Shown in pieces: positions 19,230-27,013 of a stretch of 57,283 nucleotides of DNA. How positions within the stretch are numbered: the stretch's first letter is position 1; each line of letters opens with the position of its first letter. Position numbers and translations under genes: made by a program. The notes beneath the pieces were generated by a model. The model did not search any database. It was not told the origin of the DNA and saw nothing but the letters and a program-made list of their open reading frames with translations. The stretch lies in the IMG/VR virus record IMGVR_UViG_3300032144_000012, positions 1 through 57,283 of that record. One strand, written 5' to 3'. This DNA comes from a virus. Taxonomy: Duplodnaviria > Caudoviricetes.

Positions 19230-19363
19230 GCCCGATGAGCGTGCGCCCCGCGGCGCCGTCGTGGTGGCTGCGGCTGCGGATGCAGCTGCGGCCCGAGACC
19301 CGCCGCCAGATCCTCGCCGAACTCGCCGAGCATGGTGTCGACGTCAAGGGGTGGCCGAAGTGA
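19226..19363 (+). CDS. Small hypothetical protein (45 aa)
   Basis: ATGA and GTGA overlaps on both sides. Confidence 0.5.
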   Translation: MSPMSVRPAAPSWWLRLRMQLRPETRRQILAELAEHGVDVKGWPK

Positions 19364-20916
19364 CCGCACCCGTAGCGCACTACGCCGCGGGTGACCTGAC
19401 GTCGGCGTTCTCCCAGACGGCGGTCGCGAACATCACCGTCAACAAGCCTGCGAACCTCGCGAACGGTGACCTGCTCGTCGTCGTGGTCGGGTTCCAGTCG
19501 AACTCGGCCGCGGCGACACCCGGCGCGCCGGCTGGGTTCACGCGCCGGGGGCCCGTCTACAACACGTCTGGGGACGTGAACCGGCGGCCGTGCGGGATCT
19601 ACACGAGGCCGATCACGAACCTCGCCTCCGAGGCCGCCACGTACCAGTTCACCACCAGCAACACCACGGGCCGCGCGGCGATCGTGGCTTTCCGGGTCAC
19701 AGGAGCAGACCTGGCCGACCCTGTGGACGTGGCGTCCTCGGCTTGGTTCGCCACGTCGAACTCCGCAGCGCAGGCCCGAACGCTGGCGGGGATCGTCGCG
19801 ACCGCTGAGGCGCTGCTGCTGGCATTCGTGTGGTGGCAGACGAACTCCGCGACGGCCCTGTCGACGACGTGGACGGCTCCCGCCATCGAGGTCGCGGACA
19901 TCGCCACGAACACGGGAGCGGCGACCACACACAGCGTCCTGACGGTCGCCGAGGACACCGTCGCGGCAGGTGCGACCGGGGACCGGACGGCGACCCTGTC
20001 CGGCGCGTCCACCGTGGCGAACGGCAACGGGTACCTCGTGGCGCTCGCCCCCGCACCAGCGCCCGCCGCGTCGGACATGCGGTGCATCGCGCACCGCGGG
20101 ATCTCCTCCAGCCAGGACGAAACCGATGAGGAATCGGTCGCCGGCCTCACGGACCTGATGGCCGCCTATCCGTGGGTGAACGGTGTCGAGGTCGACGCCC
20201 GCCTGTCTCTCGACGGGACGCCGTGGCTCATGCATGACGAGACGTTCGAGCGGGTGTTCCCGTCGGCGCCGAACGCCGCCACCGAGGGCGTCGAGGACTG
20301 CACCGACGCCGAGCTTGAGTCGATCGGCGTCACCCGGCTGGACGACTTCCTTGAGGCGTGCCTGCCGTACCACTTCGACACGGTGATGGTGCAGCACTAC
20401 ACCGCGGCCAGTGAGGCTGCGCTGACCGCGATCGTCGCGGCCTGCCAGGCGTCCGGCATGGCAGACCGCATCATGATCATGACGTCCACCAGCACCACGC
20501 CGAGCACGGCGATGGCGTCCCTGCGTGCTCTCGGGTGGACGGGGGACGACCGGCGGATCGGCATGTTCGGTGCCACCGCCGGGACGTGGTCAACGTACTC
20601 CGCCGCGGCTGCCACGAACGAGCTTCATGTCGCGTTCGCGCCGCCCACCGCGTACGACTCCAACCGGACCCTCGCCGCGACTCTCGCCGCCGCCACGCCG
20701 CCGGTCGAGTGCGGCGCGTCGACCGAGAGCGACATCTTCACCCTGCAGCACGCCGAGACCGACGGGTGCCTGTACGCCCTCACCGACGACCCCGGCAACT
20801 ACGCCTATTCGTTCGTGGCGCCCACCAACGAGCCGCTTCCGGCCGCCGCCACGACGACAACGCGAAGGAACTTCGCGGACTCCGCGTTCACCATCGCCCC
20901 CGACTTCGCGATCTGA
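19360..20916 (+). CDS. Virion-type beta domain fused to glycerophosphodiester phosphodiesterase (GDPD)
   Basis: CIAHRG..E..GVEVDARLSLDG..LMHDETF.R is the GDPD signature. Confidence 0.8.
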   Translation: MTAPVAHYAAGDLTSAFSQTAVANITVNKPANLANGDLLVVVVGFQSNSAAATPGAPAGFTRRGPVYNTSGDVNRRPCGIYTRPITNLASEAATYQFTTSNTTGRAAIVAFRVTGADLADPVDVASSAWFATSNSAAQARTLAGIVATAEALLLAFVWWQTNSATALSTTWTAPAIEVADIATNTGAATTHSVLTVAEDTVAAGATGDRTATLSGASTVANGNGYLVALAPAPAPAASDMRCIAHRGISSSQDETDEESVAGLTDLMAAYPWVNGVEVDARLSLDGTPWLMHDETFERVFPSAPNAATEGVEDCTDAELESIGVTRLDDFLEACLPYHFDTVMVQHYTAASEAALTAIVAACQASGMADRIMIMTSTSTTPSTAMASLRALGWTGDDRRIGMFGATAGTWSTYSAAAATNELHVAFAPPTAYDSNRTLAATLAAATPPVECGASTESDIFTLQHAETDGCLYALTDDPGNYAYSFVAPTNEPLPAAATTTTRRNFADSAFTIAPDFAI

Positions 20917-20926
20917 GGAGACCACC

Positions 20927-21208
20927 GTGCCTAACCACACCGAGGTCGTCACCGTCACCGACGAGGTGACCATCGTGACCGGGGACCGGGTTACCGACGG
21001 CTACGAGCAGTCGGTCAGTGTCGAGTGGCTGTCCGGGGACGACGTGTTCGTCGGTGGGGAGGACGTCGCGGCGACCGGCACCGAGCACCTCGGCCGCAAG
21101 CTGAACGCCGACCGCACCGAGTTCCAGGTGAAGACCGACGGCCAGCTTGGCGTGATCTGCGCGGACGGTGAGACGGCGAGCGTGCACATTTTCCGCACCC
21201 ACAACTGA
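20927..21208 (+). CDS. Hypothetical virion protein
   Basis: GAGGAG RBS, GTG start, GC3-rich codons. Confidence 0.6.
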   Translation: MPNHTEVVTVTDEVTIVTGDRVTDGYEQSVSVEWLSGDDVFVGGEDVAATGTEHLGRKLNADRTEFQVKTDGQLGVICADGETASVHIFRTHN

Positions 21209-21209
21209 C

Positions 21210-22142
21210 GTGACCCTCTACCTCCCGCGGTCGGCGTGGACGACGGTCCCGAAGCCGGACGCCCTCACCTCGCTCGACCCGGACGACGTCGAAGGGCTCG
21301 CGGTCCACTGGCCGGGCACGACCACCAGCGTCATCGGTGAGCGGACCCGGGAGGGGATTGCGAACCTCCTGGAGGGATACCGGCGGTTCCACGTGTCCGG
21401 CCGTGGCTGGACGGACATCGCCTACCAGGTCGCGATCGACCAGGCCGGGCGGGTGTGGGACCTCCGCGGCATCGAGCACCGTTCCGCGGCGAACGGCGAC
21501 ACCGGCCCCAACCAGCGCTGGGGGGCGCTGCTCCTGCTCCTGGGCGCCGACGAGCGACCCTCCGCTGCCATGGTCGCCGCGGTCCGGGCCTGGCGCGACG
21601 AGAAGTGGCTCAACCGCTACCCCAAGGCGACGCGCGTCGTCCGACACAAGGACGTCCGACCCGATGGCACCGACTGCCCCGGCCCGCACGCCGGCGCGCT
21701 CGTGCTGAACGGCACCTTCACGAAGCAGGAGGACGACGACGTGGACTGGAACCAGAAGGTCAAGCTCGACCAACTCCAGGCGGACACGCTGAACCTGACC
21801 CGGCCGACGGACAAGCACTTCGCGGCGGGCGACGAGGTTGAGGTCGGCTGGCTGATCACGTGGGGCGGGGCCCGCGGCGCGCAGATCTACGACGCCGTGA
21901 AGGACCTCAAGGCGTCGGCCGCCGCGGCGCAGGAGAACACGGCCGGAGCCAGGACAGCGGCGCAGTCCGCCGCCGCCGCCGCGCAGGCCGCCGCCGCTGC
22001 TGCCGGGCGGGCGGAGGCCGCCATCAAGGGCTCCGGTCCGCTGAGCGTCAGCGACGCGCAGCTGGCCACCCTCGCGGGCCTGCTCGCGCCGGCCGTGGCC
22101 GCGGCCCTCGGCGAGGACTTCGCCCGCAGGCTCCAGAGCTGA
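21210..22142 (+). CDS. Endolysin, N-acetylmuramoyl-L-alanine amidase (Amidase_2-like)
   Basis: VHWPG..RFH...GWTDIAY..RG..SAANG..HKD..T.CPG Zn-amidase motifs. Confidence 0.88.
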   Translation: MTLYLPRSAWTTVPKPDALTSLDPDDVEGLAVHWPGTTTSVIGERTREGIANLLEGYRRFHVSGRGWTDIAYQVAIDQAGRVWDLRGIEHRSAANGDTGPNQRWGALLLLLGADERPSAAMVAAVRAWRDEKWLNRYPKATRVVRHKDVRPDGTDCPGPHAGALVLNGTFTKQEDDDVDWNQKVKLDQLQADTLNLTRPTDKHFAAGDEVEVGWLITWGGARGAQIYDAVKDLKASAAAAQENTAGARTAAQSAAAAAQAAAAAAGRAEAAIKGSGPLSVSDAQLATLAGLLAPAVAAALGEDFARRLQS

Positions 22143-22145
22143 CCG

Positions 22146-22490
22146 ATGCTCGTCTGGCTGCCGCTGCTGGCTGCCGACCCGATCACGGACGGTGCGTCGA
22201 CGATCGTCGAGCAGGGCCCGTGGGCGGCGGCCGTCGTCATCGTGTCCTTGGTCGCGGGGCGCCTCGTCTGGAAGGTCATCGAGCGCGGGTGGGCGCAGCA
22301 TGACGCCGCGATCGAGCAGCTCAGGGAGACGATCCGGCTCACTCGCGAGGACCGGGACCGGGAGTCGGCCCGCGCCGACGCCGCGGAGGCGCGGCGGGCG
22401 GAGCTTGAGCGTGACTACCGGGAGAAGGTTGTCCCGGTCCTCACCGACGTCTACCGGGTCCTCGCGGACCTGGCCCGAAGGCAGGGGTAG
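22146..22490 (+). CDS. Membrane protein of the lysis cassette (holin-like)
   Basis: N-terminal TM helix plus coiled coil; follows the endolysin. Confidence 0.6.
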   Translation: MLVWLPLLAADPITDGASTIVEQGPWAAAVVIVSLVAGRLVWKVIERGWAQHDAAIEQLRETIRLTREDRDRESARADAAEARRAELERDYREKVVPVLTDVYRVLADLARRQG

Positions 22491-22494
22491 CGCC

Positions 22495-22638
22495 ATGCCG
22501 CACGGCGACGACCGCGGCCGGGACGTGCTGGAGGAGGTCGCCTCTCTGGTGACGCGGATCGAGGCACTCGTGAGTGAGCTACGCCGGGTCCTCGACGCGG
22601 AGCCACCGACTGATGAGGAGGGGGTGCCGGGTGAGTGA
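22495..22638 (+). CDS. Small hypothetical protein
   Basis: 47-aa coiled-coil ORF filling the gap between lysis genes. Confidence 0.45.
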   Translation: MPHGDDRGRDVLEEVASLVTRIEALVSELRRVLDAEPPTDEEGVPGE

Positions 22639-23095
22639 CGACACCGAGCAGCACGTGATCGACTCGATCCGGACGCTTTCCACGGAGACGGGTGAGTTGC
22701 GGGCGGACCTGCGGGCGTACAACGCCGCGCAGGAGGCTCGCGCACAGGCTCAGGCGAGGGCTCAGCGGCGGCGGGACCGGATCGGTATCGCCGCGATTGT
22801 CGTGGGCTTGTTCCTGATCGGTGGTCTCGCGCAGGCCGCGTTCGACGCTCGCGCGACGAGCGAGCGGTTCCAGCAGGTGACCGCGCAGAACCAGGCCGAC
22901 ATCGCCGCTTCTCAGCGGAAGTGGTGCCCGGTGTTGGGTGCGCTCACGTCTGGCCCGTCGTCGGGCACTGCGCGCGGGGAGTGGCTGCGTGACGTGTTCT
23001 CGCACCTGTTCGTCGACTACGGGTGCACCCCGGCTGACATCCAGTCCATCCCGGACGTGCCGACGCCGTCGCCGTCCCCGACGCAGACCCCCTGA
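22631..23095 (+). CDS. Single-TM membrane protein of the lysis cassette
   Basis: TM IGIAAIVVGLFLIGGLA; C-terminal Cys pair. Confidence 0.6.
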   Translation: MSDDTEQHVIDSIRTLSTETGELRADLRAYNAAQEARAQAQARAQRRRDRIGIAAIVVGLFLIGGLAQAAFDARATSERFQQVTAQNQADIAASQRKWCPVLGALTSGPSSGTARGEWLRDVFSHLFVDYGCTPADIQSIPDVPTPSPSPTQTP

Positions 23096-23152
23096 CTCCC
23101 GACGCCACCCGGCGGCCGGGCGACACCGCACGCCCCCTCAAGGAGACAGCCG

Positions 23153-23812
23153 ATGACGAGTCCCGGCAACGACGGCTGGATCCGCACCACCTGGCCGGAG
23201 GGCTTCCTTGACCCGGCCAGCGGATGGGAGCTGCGCGACATCCCCGGCAGCTCAAGCGGCTGGGTCCGCGCCGAGTGGCCGGAGGACTTCGATCCGGCGC
23301 TGCCGTTCGAACTGCGACCCCTGACGCCCGCCGACGTCCCCACCCAGCGCATCACCCACTCCGACTACTCCGAAACCCGCGCATCGAAGGAGAACCCCGT
23401 GTCCAAGCTCGCCGACGGCTCGTTCTGGGCCGACACCCTGTCCCGCGCCGGACGTCAGGCGCTGCAGGCCGCGATCCCCACCCTGCTGATCGTCGCGGGC
23501 GGTTCGGTGAACGGCCTGAACGTGGCGGATGCGCTGACCGCGGTCGGTGTGGCCGCCGCCGTCACGGTCCTCAAGGCGCTCGCCGGGTGGACGTCGAGCT
23601 CGGGCGCATCACTGAAGACTCAGGCGTTCGAGCGGGCCGTGTCCGCCGCCGCTGGTACCGGGCTGGGCATGCTGGCCGTGACGACATGGTCGGACGTGGT
23701 CGCGACGGACTGGGCCGCGGTGGGCATCGCGGCTCTGGGTGCCGCCGCGCTGTCGGTGACACAGCTTTTCGTGGACCCGCCGAAGGCTTCGAGTTTCGCT
23801 CTCGCCGCCTGA
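23153..23812 (+). CDS. Holin (two tandem r1t-like units) with N-terminal extension
   Basis: FWADTLSRA.RQALQA and FERAV.AAA..DW..V units; second RBS/start at 23399. Confidence 0.75.
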   Translation: MTSPGNDGWIRTTWPEGFLDPASGWELRDIPGSSSGWVRAEWPEDFDPALPFELRPLTPADVPTQRITHSDYSETRASKENPVSKLADGSFWADTLSRAGRQALQAAIPTLLIVAGGSVNGLNVADALTAVGVAAAVTVLKALAGWTSSSGASLKTQAFERAVSAAAGTGLGMLAVTTWSDVVATDWAAVGIAALGAAALSVTQLFVDPPKASSFALAA

Positions 23813-23826
23813 CACGTCCCGGCCCG

Positions 23827-23873
23827 GCCGCCCTCACTCCTCGTCAGAGGGGTGGGGGCGGCTTTCGTCGTTT
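23827..23873 (+). terminator. Intrinsic terminator ending the late operon
   Basis: GCCGCCCTCACTCCTC-GTCA-GAGGGGTGGGGGCGGC followed by TTTCGTCGTTT. Confidence 0.85.
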
Positions 23874-24082
23874 GCGCGCGTCCGCCAGTGCACTTCCCCG
23901 TCCACGTCCTCACGCACGAGCAGGGCGTCCCGCAGTTCGTCCTCCCATGGCAGTGGCGCACCCCACCTAGCGTCAGGGCACGCCCCGGCCAGCTCGGCGG
24001 CGGGGAGCCCGCAGAACCGGCAGAAGCGGCCCGCCGCGCGCGCGACCGGGACGTGAGGTCTGGGGCGGGGCGACTGGTCCAC
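23834..24082 (-). CDS. Hypothetical protein (CxxC)
   Basis: 82-aa ORF downstream of the GntR gene on the same strand. Confidence 0.45.
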   Translation of the reverse strand: MDQSPRPRPHVPVARAAGRFCRFCGLPAAELAGACPDARWGAPLPWEDELRDALLVREDVDGEVHWRTRANDESRPHPSDEE

Positions 24083-24112
24083 CCCGCCAGGATGACGGGA
24101 GGGGGTGACAGT

Positions 24113-24466
24113 TCAGGCGGGGTCGGGTTTGGCCCGGTACTGAGCTTCGAGGGCAGCGATCCGGCGCTCATGGTCGGCGACCTGAGCCGGGAGGCTTGCG
24201 GCATCCCCGCCCGCGATGAAGTGCCCGATGTCCGGCACCTTCACGATCCACCCCTCACCAGTGAGCTCGTCCAGGACGCGGCGGGCCGTGGTAGTGGACA
24301 CGTCCTCGGCGGCCATCAACCCGCGTACTGAGGGCGCCGGCTTTCCGGGCGAGTAGTCGCCGTCGGCGCGGTCCGCATCGACACGGATGCGGTCGATGAT
24401 CCGGTCCGCGATCTCGCGCCACTTCGCCACGCGCTCAGTGTGCCAGCCCGGCAGTCCGATTCTCAT
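24113..24466 (-). CDS. GntR-family repressor (KorA/TraR-like)
   Basis: WREIADRI..G.Y.PG...PSVR.L....VS..TARR.L..L..EG.I....G.F winged HTH; divergent from the transfer genes. Confidence 0.85.
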   Translation of the reverse strand: MRIGLPGWHTERVAKWREIADRIIDRIRVDADRADGDYSPGKPAPSVRGLMAAEDVSTTTARRVLDELTGEGWIVKVPDIGHFIAGGDAASLPAQVADHERRIAALEAQYRAKPDPA

Positions 24467-25229
24467 CACGGCACGAGTGTAGTGGACCCGTGCGCGCACG
24501 GTGTGTGTATGCTGAGGGACGTGACGAATCACCCGACCCACGTTGAGGGAGTCCCTCAGATGAGGGCGCTCCCATGGCCGGTCTGGCTGGGCATCGGTGT
24601 CTCCCTCATCGCCGCCGCGGTCGGGTCATGGGCGGGCCTCCAGTTCCTCGCGTCCGCCACCGGCTGGCTCTGGTGGTCCTCCCACCTGCTCCCCGCATCC
24701 GTGGACATCGGCGGCGTCTCCGCTGGCTGGGTGTGGTTGCGGGGCGTCGTCACCCCTCACGCCCGGCAGTACGCCCGGCGTCTCACGTTCTTCGCGGCGA
24801 CCCTCAGCCTCGGCGGGAACGCCGTCAGCCACCTGGTTGCTGAGGGGGTCCTCGACGGTGGCGCGTGGCCCCTCATCGTCGCCGTCGGTGCCATCCCCGC
24901 CGTGATGCTCGTGGCCCTCGTCCACCTCGCCGCGCTCGTCACCGAAATCCCTCACCGGCCGGAGTCGACAGCCGTGGAACCGACCGCTCCCGCCCCTCAG
25001 GTGAGGGCGCTGGCGTCGACGCCCACACCCTCGGCCGCTCCGGCGGTGAAGCCCTCACCCGCCGCCCGGGCGAATCGGCAAGGAGGGACCCGCCAGGCGA
25101 TCGTCCTCGACATCCTCACCCGGGCGAGTGCACCCGATGAGGTCCCTCAGCCCGCACAGATCCGTTCCGACTGGAACGTCTCCCAGGCCACCGCCGAGAG
25201 GGTCCGGGCCGAAGTGCTCGCTGCCCTCA
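24252..25229. repeat. Cluster of CCCTCA/TGAGGG hexamers
   Basis: 17 copies counted by eye in about 1 kb, several arranged as inverted pairs. Confidence 0.75.
24467..24520. promoter_or_regulatory. Divergent promoters with palindromic operator
   Basis: Leftward -10 TACACT (24481-24476), rightward -10 TATGCT (24508-24513), and perfect palindrome CCGTGCGCGCACGG (24488-24501). Confidence 0.6.
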
Positions 25230-25258
25230 ACACCACCCCCACCACCCAGGAGGCATGA
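24560..25258 (+). CDS. DUF2637/Spd-like membrane protein with C-terminal HTH
   Basis: About four TM helices, SW..L...A..G..LP.SVD and SLGGNA.H motifs, Pro/Ala linker, IRSDWNVSQATAERVR HTH. Alternative start at GTG 24521. Confidence 0.78.
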   Translation: MRALPWPVWLGIGVSLIAAAVGSWAGLQFLASATGWLWWSSHLLPASVDIGGVSAGWVWLRGVVTPHARQYARRLTFFAATLSLGGNAVSHLVAEGVLDGGAWPLIVAVGAIPAVMLVALVHLAALVTEIPHRPESTAVEPTAPAPQVRALASTPTPSAAPAVKPSPAARANRQGGTRQAIVLDILTRASAPDEVPQPAQIRSDWNVSQATAERVRAEVLAALNTTPTTQEA

Positions 25259-25377
25259 CCGTGACCGACCCCACCCCCACCCGCACGGAGCCGACCGGCT
25301 TCGACAAGGCGCTCACCCTGATCGCCGCCGTGCTGATCGGCGCCGCCATTGGTGTCGTGATCGGCAACCTCTGGTGA
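25255..25377 (+). CDS. Small single-TM protein (Spd-like)
   Basis: 40 aa with TM ALTLIAAVLIGAAIGVVIG; translationally coupled. Confidence 0.6.
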   Translation: MTVTDPTPTRTEPTGFDKALTLIAAVLIGAAIGVVIGNLW

Positions 25378-25565
25378 ACGAGTTCCAGATCTTCAACGGC
25401 GACACCCCGGTCGAGAAGTTCGAACACACGACCGACCCGTACAACGCCAAACAGTGCGTTGACCTGCTGAAACGCTACGCCGACGCCAACGGCATCGACC
25501 GAGCCAAGGCCAAGGTCGTCACCTACCAGAACGGGCGGAAAGCCCGCACCTTCCGCGCCATGTGA
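25374..25565 (+). CDS. Small hypothetical protein
   Basis: GTGA overlap; GC3-rich codons. Confidence 0.6.
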   Translation: MNEFQIFNGDTPVEKFEHTTDPYNAKQCVDLLKRYADANGIDRAKAKVVTYQNGRKARTFRAM

Positions 25566-25570
25566 GCCAG

Positions 25571-25646
25571 GTGGGCACTGGGCACTGGGCACTCGGGAAC
25601 GGTGCCCTACGCGCGCAGGCGCGCGCGCGAGACCCGCAGTGCCCAC
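25571..25646. repeat. GGGCACT tandem and inverted repeats (candidate clt)
   Basis: GGGCACT x3 at 25573-25593; inverted copies GTGCCC at 25602 and AGTGCCCAC at 25638-25646. Confidence 0.6.
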
Positions 25647-25696
25647 AAACGCACCGTCCAGCACCACCCGTCAACACCAGAAGGGGAGTGGTCACC

Positions 25697-26158
25697 GTGG
25701 CATCGGGGGCGCTCTGGTTCGTGCTGTTCCTCCTCGGCTGCGGCCTGCTCGCCGCGACGCCGCGTCTCGGTTGGGCGACCGGCCGGGCGATCTCCCTGCG
25801 CCTCGCCATGCTCGTGTTCGTCGCCGCCGGAACCGTCGGCCTGTCCGGGCTCCTCGGCGACTTCCTCGACTGGGCGGTCACCTCGATCACGACGTGGGGG
25901 AACAACGCCGCTGTCGCCACGGTCGGCGCCGCCGTCATGTGGGTGGTGTGGCTGTCGCTGTGCGTGGTCTGGGCCGCCGGGTTCCTCCCGACGAAGGTCA
26001 TCCGGTTCGACCCGAACGACCTGCTGGCAGCGACCGGCCTGATCCTGCCCGCGGTCGCGGAGGCGATCCCCGGCGCGGCGGGGGACTTCTTCACCAACCT
26101 GTTCGACGCGATCGGCGAGTTCTTCGTCGACCTCGTCACCAGCTGGTTCGGGGGCTGA
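25697..26158 (+). CDS. Multi-TM membrane protein (Spd-like)
   Basis: Three to four hydrophobic helices; lies in the transfer operon. Confidence 0.6.
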   Translation: MASGALWFVLFLLGCGLLAATPRLGWATGRAISLRLAMLVFVAAGTVGLSGLLGDFLDWAVTSITTWGNNAAVATVGAAVMWVVWLSLCVVWAAGFLPTKVIRFDPNDLLAATGLILPAVAEAIPGAAGDFFTNLFDAIGEFFVDLVTSWFGG

Positions 26159-26160
26159 CC

Positions 26161-27012
26161 GTGGACCTCGTCATCGCCACCATCGTCGTCCTGTACCTCA
26201 CTGGCGGGTTCGACAGGTACACCCTGCGCGCGACCCGCGGCGCGGCCGGGTTCGTCTCGGCTGGCGCGAAGGGCGCCGCCCGGCACGTGAAGGCCGAACG
26301 CGCGAAGACCGCGAAGCAGCGCGCCCGGGAACGCGACAGGCGACACGCCCGCATGTGGGCGTCCGGGTTCTGGGGCCGCGTCGGCGTCTGCGCCGAGAAG
26401 GGTGCGTGGATCGCGGGCCGCTGGACCGCGAACGGCGTCCGCACCGCGTGGGCCGGGGCGACCGCGGCACCCGAGGGCTACACGAAGGCCGCAGACGCCG
26501 CCGTCCAGCGCAAGGCCGAGCGGAAGGCCAAGCGCGCCGAAGCGAAGAAGCGCCGGCGCGAATCAGCGGACGCCCGGTTCCTGATGGGCGACGCCGAGCC
26601 ATTCATCCCTGACACCTCCGCCGCGACCGCGGCCGAGGACGCCACCCCGGAGGAGAACCCCGTGACCGACACCACCGACATCCGCGTGAGCGAACTGACG
26701 AACGTCGGCGACCTCATCGCCTGCACCCAGCGGCTCATCTCCCACGTCGAGGCGCTGAGCGACGACACCTACCAATACATCATGGCCGCCAGCGGTCTGC
26801 CTGAGGCGCTCAGCGAGGCCGGCTTCTCGACGCGGCTCATCGCGGGCGCTGTGGAGAGCGTGCAGGAGGCGCTCCTCGACATGCGCCCACTGCTGGCCGC
26901 CCAGGAAGCCCTCAGCTCGCTGCTGGCTGCCGCGAAGGCCGCGGCTGACATCGGTGACGCCGTGGAGGCGCAGGCCGCGTCGGGCGACGCCCAGAGGTTC
27001 GTGACGGCCTGA
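26161..27012 (+). CDS. TraA-like accessory protein upstream of TraB
   Basis: N-terminal TM, basic middle, acidic helical C-domain with its own RBS/GTG at 26662. The name is assigned by position only. Confidence 0.5.
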   Translation: MDLVIATIVVLYLTGGFDRYTLRATRGAAGFVSAGAKGAARHVKAERAKTAKQRARERDRRHARMWASGFWGRVGVCAEKGAWIAGRWTANGVRTAWAGATAAPEGYTKAADAAVQRKAERKAKRAEAKKRRRESADARFLMGDAEPFIPDTSAATAAEDATPEENPVTDTTDIRVSELTNVGDLIACTQRLISHVEALSDDTYQYIMAASGLPEALSEAGFSTRLIAGAVESVQEALLDMRPLLAAQEALSSLLAAAKAAADIGDAVEAQAASGDAQRFVTA

Positions 27013-27013
27013 C

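Noticed and set aside
14044-20916. Diversity-generating retroelement targeting tail genes
   Set aside because: No reverse transcriptase and no TR/VR repeat pair were seen.
21915-22025. GCC-rich run as a DNA repeat element
   Set aside because: It is explained by poly-Ala coding in the endolysin C-terminal coil.
3368-22745. Many long minus-strand ORFs (for example 3368-4996, 9427-11043, 15990-17333, 21015-22745)
   Set aside because: They are antisense shadows of GC3-rich plus-strand genes, with Arg/Gly/Pro-rich translations and no motifs.
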